A DNA stretch of 64,000 bases from Oikopleura dioica. Lineage: Eukaryota > Animalia > Chordata. The stretch's first letter is position 1; every line of letters begins with the position of its first letter. The translations under genes were made by a program, and so were the position numbers. The DNA lies in contig OU015569.1 in assembly GCA_907165135.1 (NCBI GenBank), forward strand, positions 124,001 to 188,000, read 5' to 3'. The notes under the pieces were generated by a model. That model saw only the letters and a program-made list of their open reading frames with translations, ran no database searches and had not been told where the DNA came from. Shown piece after piece: positions 1 through 10,165 of this stretch.

Positions 1-132
1 GAGACCCTTATTCGATCGTTGTTGACACCCTTAAGGACCCTCTTACTTCAATAATGACTTGATAAAGATTGGTAATTCAGGTATTTTAATTCACCGAAAA
101 TTCGAAATTGCAAGAAATCATTCATTTTGAAG

Positions 133-1097
133 AACCGTTTCAGTGGAGGGGGAATGAGCTTTGATCGGACATGGGAAAGAGTCGTCAAAGTTTTTCCAAT
201 TAAGTTTTATTCTGAATTAAAAAATGGTAATTATTGGGCGACTCGCGCGAATTGACAGAATACGCAAATGGCTTCGGCGCTGGCTTCGATTTTGAAAAGT
301 GCGAAAAAGGCGAGTTCTGGATCGGAAACACCTTTTTGAACAAATTGACGGAAGGCGGCGTGAAACAACTCGGCGTGAAACTCAAGAGAGAAAATGGCGA
401 AGTTGCCGCGCTCTCGTATAAAGAAACTTATATATTGAGGCTTTCCAGATTGAAAATAGAGCCCAATTTCGGGCCCCATAAAATGGGGACCCCATATTTT
501 ACATTTTTCCAGCTGGAAAGCCTTTTTATATCCGACGAAAACGACTTGTTCCGACTAAGACTTGGAAGATCCAAAGTTGAATGTGGCTCTGCTCCGGACT
601 CTTTGCGGGTACGATCATCTGGGAAATGAGAACAGTTGAATTTATTTAGTTCTTGTTCAGGGAGATTCTTACAGTTCAAATTATAACGCTCGAAACATCG
701 CAAAAACCAACCACGACGGCATGTTCTTTTCGGCCTGGGACAGCGACAACGACTATTTCTCCGGCAACTGCGCAGGTAATTACTCAGGAACCTGTGCAGA
801 AACCTGAGTCAGGGTCTGAAATATTATTAATTAAAATTTAAAGATTTTTCATACCCTGACTCAGGATTTCTGCACAGGTTTCCGTACATTTGAAATTCAG
901 AAATCGAAAAATCTGGCTGGTGGTTCAATCGCTGCTCAGCTGCAAATCTCAACGCGCCGATGTGGAACTCGAGCGAAAACGGCATCTATCCGCCGGACGG
1001 TGTCAACTGGCAGAGCTTCAGCGGGCTTCAGAACCAGAGCTTGATCGAGACAGAATTGTCGCTTCTTCCAACTGGCGCTCATTTTTCTTTCTGTTAA
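133..1097 (+). CDS. Fibrinogen C-terminal domain (FReD; ficolin/angiopoietin/tenascin-like) protein, 3' exons; 5' end outside window
   Basis: Spliced translation gives FReD motifs RTWEKYANGFG..GEFWIGN, FISDENDLFRLRLG, HDGMFFSAWDSDNDYFSGNCA, SGWWFNRCSAANLN and DGVNWQSF; stop TAA at 1095-1097. Confidence 0.9.
787..883. mobile_element. MITE family A copy inside FReD intron
   Basis: Inverted arms GGAACCTGTGCAGAAACCTGAGTCAGGG / CCCTGACTCAGGATTTCTGCACAGGTTTCC. Confidence 0.8.
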
Positions 1098-1907
1098 TAA
1101 AATCGGAAAATTTTATCTAACTAAAAACGAAACCGCGAAAATGAGCGGCTTCAGAATATTAAGGGGTCGAACCTGACTCAGGAACTGATTTCCAACAGGT
1201 TGCCGAGCCCAGGCAGCTTTTTAAAATGAAAATAGTAATAATAATTATGGGAGCGTCCCAGCTTGTAAAGCTAAATATTAACTTGCTGGAAGAATCAATT
1301 CAGAAAATGGACAAAAGAGTCGACCTTCAGAGAGCTCCCATTCATTTGACATCGCCTCTAGGTAAGGCGGCGTGGCCTTAGCCGCCGCTTCGCAACTTCC
1401 ATCCCCGTTTTTTACAAAAAAAGAGAAGTTAAAAAAAGAAAGAAACCCACAAATTAAAAAGAAATTTAATTGAAAGAAATGAACATTTGAGTGCCATTTA
1501 AAATTTCATGATCAAAGTTCTTTTTTTAAATAATTATTTTTAATACATTCTTTATCAAAATTTATTAAAAAAAAACCAAAACATGCTTTTCAAGTTTAAA
1601 TAAATGGACTCAAAATTGCAATCGAAAAAAATATTTTTAACAAATTATTTATTTTCTAAGCAGATTTCCTTCAGACAAAGAAAAAAGGACCTGAGTGATA
1701 TTTGAGAGGTTGAGCGGCAAAAGCGCTCTTTCCCAGTATTAGCCAAACAAACAAATCGTAAAAAAACGCGCCGCTCGATTTTCTCCCTTTTGCCCGTTAA
1801 AAATGGTAACTCGAAAAAAGGAAGAGAAAAAACGTAAAACGAAGTGTCAAATTTATTAATTACAGTAACAGCCAGTATATATTTTTGATCACGTGCAAGG
1901 TGATCAA

Positions 1908-2034
1908 CTGGGCTCGGCAACCTGTGTAGAAAACCTGAGTCAGGTTCTGAAGAGCTAAAATGAAAAGCCCCGGTTTTTCCTTGAAGATCTTTCAGACCCT
2001 GAGTCAGGTTTTTTACACAGGTCGCCGAGCCCAG
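1908..2034. mobile_element. MITE family A (hAT-like), full-length copy
   Basis: TIR CTGGGCTCGGCAACCTGTGTAGAAAACCTGAGTCAGG ... ACACAGGTCGCCGAGCCCAG; no TSD recognisable. Confidence 0.85.
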
Positions 2035-2312
2035 TGGGCAGTAATTGCTCGCAAAGAGCAATTATAGTCTAATCCGTCAGGGAACGAAATCGTTTCTTTA
2101 CGAGTCTTCTTCTTTTTTTTTCCCGAGAGTCAATTTTTCAGTCTACTTTAAAATTGGCGGGGGATTTTCGGTGTCCTGGTGTGAAGAGCCATTTCGCCAC
2201 TTGACAACCTCCTTTATTATATTTTCACAACTCAAACTCAAACTCACTCGACCCTGTTTTTCAGCTTTTCCGCATTTTCAGATTGGGAGAGAAAAGAAAA
2301 AAGCGCTAGAAA

Positions 2313-3657
2313 ATGAACGTCTTCCGGCTCGCAGGTGACATGAGCCACCTCTTCGCCATGATCCTTCTCATCTCCAAGATTTGGACGACGAAGTCAGTTC
2401 GCGGTCTTTCCGGCAAATCACAGGTACAGTAGGCTACTGTCAGTAGCGTCATGCCTAGTACAGTAGCCTTAATCACAAGTGTGGTTCTCTTCCTTTATTT
2501 CACGGGTATTCCAATTGATACTAGCGTAAAATTACTGCTCAATTTCATCATTCTGCTCGATTTTCAGCAGTAATTTTACTACAGTAACAGTCGGAATTCC
2601 AGCGAAAATAAGTCAGAATCGCAAAAGCAAGAGCTCATTTCTCAATAATTTTCCAGCTTCTCTTCCTCGTCGTCTTTTTGTCTCGCTACTTGGACCTTTT
2701 CACCAGCTACATCTCCATCTACAACACCTGCATGAAAGTGATCTACATTCTCCTCTCCGTCGCCACCGTCTACTTCATCTACGGCAAGTTCGCTTCGACC
2801 CACAACCGCGAGGACGACAAGTAAGCCTTCGAGACTTTGACTCGTCTCGCTCATTTTGAAATTAGATTCCGAATGATCTTCATCATCGTTCCTGCCCTCG
2901 GCCTCGCCTTTTTGATCCACCACGAGTTCTCGGCGATGGAAGTGCTTTGGACCTTTTCGATCTATCTCGAGTCCGTCGCCATCATTCCCCAGCTCCAGAT
3001 GATCGCCGACACCGGCGAGGCGGAAGTCATCACTAGTCACTACCTCTTCTTCCTCGGAATTTACAGGTAAATCTTCTTTCTACGATGTTCGGGCAGTTTT
3101 CATTTACTGAGCCCTGTGTTCAACAACCTACAGTAAATACCGCTGGTTTGGGACGCTCAAAAATCCTGGAAATAAGGATCAAAGGCAAGCGCCCACGGCG
3201 AGTGTTTTCAAACTGACCGCTTTACCCCGAAAGCGAAAGTGGCGCCCGAGAGTCGAAAGCGAAAATCCTGCTGGTTTGGGACGCTTTCGTGAATTAGGAC
3301 CGTCCCAGACCAGCGGTATTTACTGTATGTGAAAACCTGAGTCAGGGTCCTGAAAAAATCTTCAATAAAAACCTGACTCAGGTTTTCCACACAGGTTGCC
3401 GTCCCAAAGATTCAACTTTTGATCCGATTTTCAGATTCCTTTACCTCGGCAACTGGCTCTACCGATACCACAACGAGGCGTATTTTGACAAGATCGTCGT
3501 CGTCGCCGGCTGCATTCAAACCGTTCTCTACCTGGACTTCTTCTACTTGTACATCACCAAAGGTACTTTCAGACCAATCCCTCCTCCAACATCTAACCCA
3601 AACCTAGTCCTTTCCGGAAAACGACTGACCATCCCAACTGGCAGCGAGAAAGTCTAA
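2313..3657 (+). CDS. KDELR: ER lumen protein-retaining receptor (KDEL receptor/ERD2), 5 exons
   Basis: [37 protein letters not shown] | ..RYLDLF..IYNTCMK.. | [38 protein letters not shown] | [32 protein letters not shown]; GT-AG introns. Confidence 0.96.
3131..3325. mobile_element. Tc1/mariner-type MITE (TA TSD) nested in a family-A MITE in KDELR intron 3
   Basis: TA|CAGTAAATACCGCTGGTTTGGGACG ... CGTCCCAGACCAGCGGTATTTACTG|TA; interrupts CAACC-TA-TGTGAAAACCTGAGTCAGG. Confidence 0.8.
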
Positions 3658-4627
3658 AAAAAGACTCGAAAGAAAAAGTCGACCCTAGAAAATTTTAAAA
3701 AGAGACTACGACCTTTCTGTACTCCTACCTAATTCTTTTGATCTGTTAATCGAGTGTTACAAAAACAGTTACAGTCCTCGTTACCATTTTTTTTCCACAA
3801 ATCATTAATTAAAAAATACTTACTTTGTGCCCAAAATGAAAATCAAGCACTTCGAGAAAACAATAAAAAAAACAACGAAAATGGATGAGACTTTATTTCT
3901 AGGCTCGGAACTTTTTGTTCTACAAAAAAAGCAGGAAAGCAAGAAAAAACGCATGAAATAAAATCTTGACTGAAGAATTTTCTGCTTGTAAAAAATCTTC
4001 TTGCTCTTCGGAAATGAAAGTTGAGTTTCTCAGTTTTTGATTTTGCCTAATTTTAAAAATAAGGTTGGAAAAGTAACTTTGCACGAATTTACCTGTATCT
4101 CTTGATCAATGCGGCTTGTCTATCCAAAGTTTTGACTCGTTTTCTTGGCGGCTGAGCCACGGAGATGTTGACTCTGCTTTCAGCCCTCCAGTCCGCAGGT
4201 AGCGATGGAGTTTCTCTTGGTTTTGCCGTCGATGTTGCGTTTTTAAAAGGCAACTGCTCAAGAGTCTGCGCCAATTGAACGAAAATCAGTATTTTCAAAA
4301 TCATGATTTTTTAAAAAATAAGTAGAATCGCGCTAGAATCGCTGCATCTTTAGCCATTTTGACATTTTGGAAGTTGCCACTGCCGACCGCAGCGACGGTC
4401 AAAGCTTCTCCTTCTTGATTTCAAACAAACAAACAAAGGCGAAGGGCAAGTTTTACAAGCATTTTTACGACGAGCCGGTCAATAAAAAAAAATGTAAAAG
4501 GAAAATAAAGGGAAACCGTTTATTAGGAAAATGATTCAGCCAAAGCTTTCTTTGTTGAGTGAGTGAGAGAAGAAAAATGGGTAAATAACGGAGCTTCATA
4601 AAATGAGCTGAAACGAGTTTAAAAAAT

Positions 4628-7386
4628 ATGCTCAAGTCCCAAAATGTCCGCAATTCTTTGTTCGGGCGAGGGAGAGAGTTTGACGAACCAGATGGAATAA
4701 TTCAAAATGTAGAGCGCGAAAAGAGAGGTAGAATTGAAGTTGAAGGTCAAGGCAGAGATGTACAATGCCGACTGATTCTTTCTGTCGAGAGAATTACGTT
4801 CAAAAATAAAGAAAACGCAGCTCTTTGGGATTTTTGCAGTTTCAACTATGAATTTGGACGGATTTATAAAAGCAAAGAAGGAGCAAGTGGCGAGAGGAGT
4901 TATGAACTCTTAGAAAAGTGGAAAATAACAGACTACCAGTACATTCTTCTGCGCTCGAGATATCCCTACTTGAACGATGTCTACTTGAAGAGAAATGAAA
5001 TCAAAAAGGAAGACTATTCTTGGTCCGACCGAACTAGGCGTTTTTTCGAAGCTCATTCCCGCCAACATGATCTTCACGAGCCAAAATACGGCGGAGAAGC
5101 TATGGTCTTCTTCTCCAAGATCAAAGATAGTGAAGAAAATATGCACAAGGTCGCAATTCGCATTCAAATATTCGATCCTTGGCTCTTTACAAAACAACTG
5201 CCCATGGAAAGCACAAAAATACGAATCAACGCTGCTCAAAGTAAGCAAATTGCCTCGAAAAAATGGGCTCAGCCCAGGAAAAGAAGTACTCAACAAATCA
5301 TTTTTTCAGAATTCAAAACTGCCAAAAAGAGCGCCTCGGCCAGCTCGTCCAATTCCAAGAAATGCCTCGACACACGAATGTAATCGAACACCTTTTCAAT
5401 GTTGAGATTTTTCACGGACAGGATCACGGCCTTGAAGACCCGATCGGCTGGATCACCATTATGGACTATGGAAATGCGACTTTGCGTGAAAAATGAGAAG
5501 CAACGACGCTCTTTCTATTGAAGCTAGAAAAAGATTTACGAGGGCATTGTTTCTGGCTACGAGTATCTTGGAAGTATCGGCTTGACTTACTACGACCTCA
5601 AGCCGGAAAACATTTTGATCTTCAACTTGGGCGATGGATCCTTTAGCGTCAGAATCATCGACTTCGGCCTCGCTGTCGACGTTTCCAACAAGGAACTGGG
5701 CTCGGCAACCTATGCGGCTTTTCACTTTAGCTCTTTAGAGCCTGATTCAGGTTTTCCACACAGATTGCCGAGCCCAGACAAGGAAGGCTACAGGAGAATG
5801 GGATATGTTCGGCGAGGTAGCCGATTTCAGGACGCAAAAGCACTCCGTAAGTTTCAAAGAATAAACAGCTTGAAAATCGCCGTTTTCAGAGGCGGGAACT
5901 CCAGGCTTCTGCCATGGCGAGCAAATTCACGGCTTCGAGAATTGCCTTGGTCCACTGACGACTCTTTCCACTTTGATTTTCTCCGATTACCACTCTGCCT
6001 TCTACCTGCTTTTCAAACCCATCGGAGAGGATGATCGAGGCAAAGCGCTAAAAGCAAGAATAGATGAAATGGCCAAAAGTGTCAATGCAATCATTGACAA
6101 CTCTGACTGCTTTATCAAGCAAATTCGCAGCTTTACAGCCTACCCAACTGTTGAAATTACGAGGCGATTGACGGGGATCATGGACGTAAACCGAATTCAA
6201 GGAGTTAACATAAGCGAATTTCTCGTTACAGAGTTGATCAACAACCGGAATAGATATTCGCAATCAATCGATATGATGACTTTGCTGGGCACTCTTTCTT
6301 ACTCAAGAACTCAGGTCGATTTATACAACTTACCAGCGCGAGTTTGCAAACAAGGAAAGACATTTGCCTGCGCGTTTTTAGCTTGGGCTCGGCGATTTAC
6401 TGGCTCTAAAATAGAGGGTGGAATTCTCGTTTTCTAGGCTCGGCAACCTCTGTGGAAAACCTGAGTCAGGGTCAAAAGTATCTCAAATTTAAAGCCGCAT
6501 TAATCCTGACCTTGACTCAGGTTGCCTTGTTCGACAAATAGCCGAGCCCAGTTAAGCTGTCTCTAGTCTGATAGAAACAGAGCTCAAAAAACGCTTCAAG
6601 GAAGAAAACGAATTCACTGTTCTGAAGACGCTGACGTTCAAGTTTTTATTCTTCACCATCATCATGATCATCATCCCAACAAGTCCAGCTGGCTTCGACA
6701 GAAACCACGATCGCGAGGAAGAGCGTCGAAATGAGCAAAGCTTCGATCCAGAAGAACTGCTAAAAGTAATGACGCAGCCAAGTTATCTTCGAAACTCTGG
6801 ATGGGACATCATTTTTCATCAATTTTACTCGAAAACTAATCTTCCGAAAATCACCATGGATTACGACAAAGGTAAAAGTTAGCCCTTCCTGAGCCCGAAT
6901 CTAACAATCTCCTTCAAGTGGATCTCAACGACTGCTCCAATGAAAACCTTCCAGCTCTCGCAGTTGTGTTCGCTTGGCATCGGAATGAGCGACAACAGTT
7001 AGAAAAAGTCTATCATGCCATCGCCATCGACCGCTATGACGAGGACAATGAACACTTCATCGTCGCAGACACTGCCAACTGGTTAGGGTTCCGCACGATT
7101 GGAGGACCTTATTTTTCAAACTCCAAATCCTTATTGTATTAAGAATTGACTTTTTATAAAATTTAGGTTTTCGAATACGGCGAAAAAAATGATGAAATAA
7201 ATATTCCGATTCACCATCGGAATCGCCGATTTCTCTCGGTTTTTCATACTTCTAGTGGCAGCACAAACTTCGCGTTGCCAAATTATGATAGCGATAAAAT
7301 AATAAATCATTTTTCTTTTTGAAAGTTTCTCTAAAAATTCACCGTTTTCTTGTGCTGGTAGTTTTAATTCTAGCAGTTTGTTATGA
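4628..7386 (+). CDS. Divergent protein kinase (pseudokinase-like) with C-terminal papain-like domain; frameshifted in this assembly, possibly a pseudogene
   Basis: GGEAMV..VAIRIQ (N-lobe, K>R), ITIMDYGNATL, YYDLKPENILI, VRIIDFGLA, AGTPGF; then QGKTFAC, YHAIAIDRYD..HFIVADT. Three 1-nt shifts near 5368, 5490 and 5530; MITE insertions at 5696 and 6384. The 3' end is uncertain. Confidence 0.75.
5696..5777. mobile_element. MITE family A inserted in kinase coding sequence with perfect 8-bp TSD ACAAGGAA
   Basis: ACAAGGAA(5688-5695) CTGGGCTCGGCAA...TTGCCGAGCCCAG ACAAGGAA(5778-5785). Confidence 0.92.
6384..6550. mobile_element. Compound family-A MITE within the kinase/papain-like gene
   Basis: TGGGCTCGGC...GCCGAGCCCA with a second GGCTCGGCAACC start at about 6437; flanks TTTTAGCT/GTTAAGCT (6/8 match). 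Confidence 0.7.
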
Positions 7387-7594
7387 ATCGCCGTGAGAAA
7401 GCTAGGCGCGCTCTGATTGGCTGAAGAGGAAGACATTCTCAAAAATCAATTTTGAAGGAAGATAATTCTAAGCTTCCGCGACTTTGTCGTTGTTGGTGAA
7501 AATTTTTCACTGAAAAGAAGTTCTTTCTTTATAAAAAAAATTAACCCCTTGTTATATGGAAAGCCATAATTGCTGAAAGAAATATCTATATGAA

Positions 7595-7909
7595 AAGCCC
7601 CTTAAATCTAAAAATCAAGGAACGGGGCTGAAACGGCCCGAAGGGCCGTCAAGCCCCTTAAATCTAAAAATCAAGGAACGGGGCTGAAACGGCCCGAAGG
7701 GCCGTCAAGCCCCTTAAATCTAAAAATCAAGGAACGGGGCTGAAACGGCCCGAAGGGCCGTCAAGCCCCTTAAATCTAAAAATCAAGGAACGGGGCTGAA
7801 ACGGCCCGAAGGGCCGTCAAGCCCCTTAAATCTAAAAATCAAGGAACGGGGCTGAAACGGCCCGAAGGGCCGTCAAGCCCTTAAATCTAAAAATCAAGGA
7901 ACGGGGCTG
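7595..7909. repeat. Tandem array, 56-bp unit, about 5.6 near-identical copies, each with a GC-rich hairpin
   Basis: Unit AAGCCCCTTAAATCTAAAAATCAAGGAACGGGGCTGAAACGGCCCGAAGGGCCGTC starts at 7595, 7651, 7707, 7763, 7819 and 7875. Confidence 0.95.
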
Positions 7910-7913
7910 GAAG

Positions 7914-7992
7914 AAAAAGTGGGTTCGAGATGGAATCGAGCTCGCCAGCACCTCTGTGCGAAGAGAAGCGCTCACCACTCTGCCAACTCCAG
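7914..7992 (-). other. tRNA-derived Pol III promoter-like segment (SINE-like head)
   Basis: Minus strand: A box TGGCAGAGTGG, B box-like GCTCGATTC about 35 nt later, then TTTTT; no convincing cloverleaf. Confidence 0.55.
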
Positions 7993-10165
7993 TGCGAGAG
8001 CGCAGCGCATTACTCGATTCATATTCCCGCGAAGAGCGCCAGCCAATCAGCGCGCAGCAGGCCTCTTTGGCAAAATATAATTTGAAGCCCTAAAAGGGCT
8101 GAAGGAGGGATTTTCTGGGAAAACAGTGGCCAGGAATGAATTTCTAGGCATTATTTTGGTGGAATCTCCAAATTTTATTAAAAATAAAAATTTTGGTCCA
8201 ATCGTGCGGAACCCTACAACTGGTTCTGTGTGAATGAAAATGGAAATTCAGATCCTATTCCGAAAGCGCATATTCGTGATGGTGAGAATGTTCAAGCGGA
8301 TAGAATCCAGCTCGAGCAGAAATATCTGCACAAGTATGTATATATTTCTAAGATCTAAAGCCTTTTGTCTGAATATACCTTCCTCATCCTTTTTGTTCAG
8401 ATGGGGCTATAAGATAAAGTTTCGTCGGGAGCAGAATGCCGGACGGGAGAGTCCTGACAATGAAATGGATGTCCAAATGGAACTGAATAGAACTGGACGA
8501 ATATATTCAGAGTCAATTTTGACGGCTAATACTCCGCCTGAGCTACTTCCAGGCCAGAGAACCCGAGAAAATTCGCCGACTGGCTCTGTTCGAGCAGAGT
8601 CACCTGTCGACGACAATCCGAATCCACCGTTGAGGACATACTTTCCTCCCAACTTCTTGAACGAGATTATGGAGAACAGCAATGAAGGAAAAAATCTAAA
8701 GCGCAGAAATTCCATTTAGCCCTATTTCTTTATTCCTGAGTCATGCCGAATCCTGACAAGATAAAATAAAACCTTCTTGCTCAAACTTGAAATCAAAAGT
8801 CCAGTAAAATGCCTGAATGATCACAGAGTAAAAAGACCATCATCATGGCCCATGATTCATGGGTTTCATGGTCGATTTAGAATCAAGAGAAGCGACTTTC
8901 TCGCGAATTTCTCTTTTCCTAGCATGTGTAGAGGGCCCACCTGTGCAGAGAAACTGAGTCAAGGTCAGGCGTCTCTAGAACATCTCTTATTGATTGTCCG
9001 TTTTGAGCATTTCAATTCATTCCGGAATTCGGAAATTCCGGGTCCACAAAATGCCCATTTCCAGGTAAATAACTCAATTTTAGTCAAATTTTATCAATTT
9101 TTGTAGCACAAAATACCCCGCTGAAGACAAGTGAAATCAAGGAGGAAAACCAAAAGGGTACGAGTTCAGCGTCACAAAGCCTGCAAAAGGCAGCCTCAAC
9201 TAGATTTTTTCCGAAAAGGGAATTCCAAAAACATTCAAATAAACTTTATTATTTCAACTTCTCCGTAAGATTTTGTTCGAAAAGGGATAAAATCGGGATT
9301 TGCGTGTTTGTCATTTATTGCAGGAAAATCATAGAATACTTCTAGGAAAAGAGCCACTACTACCGGTGATCCTTGCCGGTGCAGGACCGCACTAAAGACT
9401 ACCAATTCTACTTCCAACATCCTGACTACACTTTTGGACCGCATTTGAGGAGAAAAAGAGACAAGACATTTTGGGTATTTTCGGAGTATTTGACATTTTA
9501 TTCGATTCTAGAGTTGTTTTTGTAAGAGACTGGTTTTTATTTCCATCATTTTTCTTGTGTCCTTAGTGTTTGACACTAGGCCTTGAACTTGTAGGAGTAT
9601 TCCTCCAGTGACTCGAATCGCCAAGGATCTGGCGTGTTGTCCTCGTTGTTGGCGAGGTTCGTCGAGAATTGCGAAGAGTACGTCCTTTTCCGGAGCTTTT
9701 CAGGCTTTTCAGACATTTTTTGGACATACTCTTCTTCTTAAAAAACTTGTCAAAAAATCCACTCAGCAGCGATTCTTACCTATTTTTGATGTGCGCCGGA
9801 CTCGGAAAATCCGAAGACTGACCGTTCTTGGCAAAAAGGCCTAACATCGACAACAATTCTAGAGACGCCAAAAATGCGCTCTCGACTTTTGGGTGTTTCC
9901 CGCACTCTTCCTTGATTTCAAGCCAATTATTGATAAAAATATTGAATAATTTTGATAGTTATATAATTTATTGGCTAGAAGAAAATATTTGAAATAATAA
10001 TAATAATTACAAAAGATTACAGTAAAGAAAAAGCTGACAGAAAATTGAAGTGAAGTGAAATTGCAGAAAGAGATAAGCACCACTCTTTGGAGGAAGAACA
10101 GCTCGTAAGTTCAATAAATAGAAGAAAAGGGTCTTTTTGGAAGATTGTCTTTTTTGAAAAATAAA

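Noticed and set aside
7595-7909. CRISPR-like array
   Set aside because: Units are contiguous and identical with no unique spacers; eukaryotic context and no cas genes.
7914-7992. Functional tRNA gene
   Set aside because: A/B boxes are present but acceptor and anticodon stems do not pair.
8234-9450. Possible gene (161-aa ORF and neighbours)
   Set aside because: No recognisable domain or consistent exon chain; may be real but cannot be supported.
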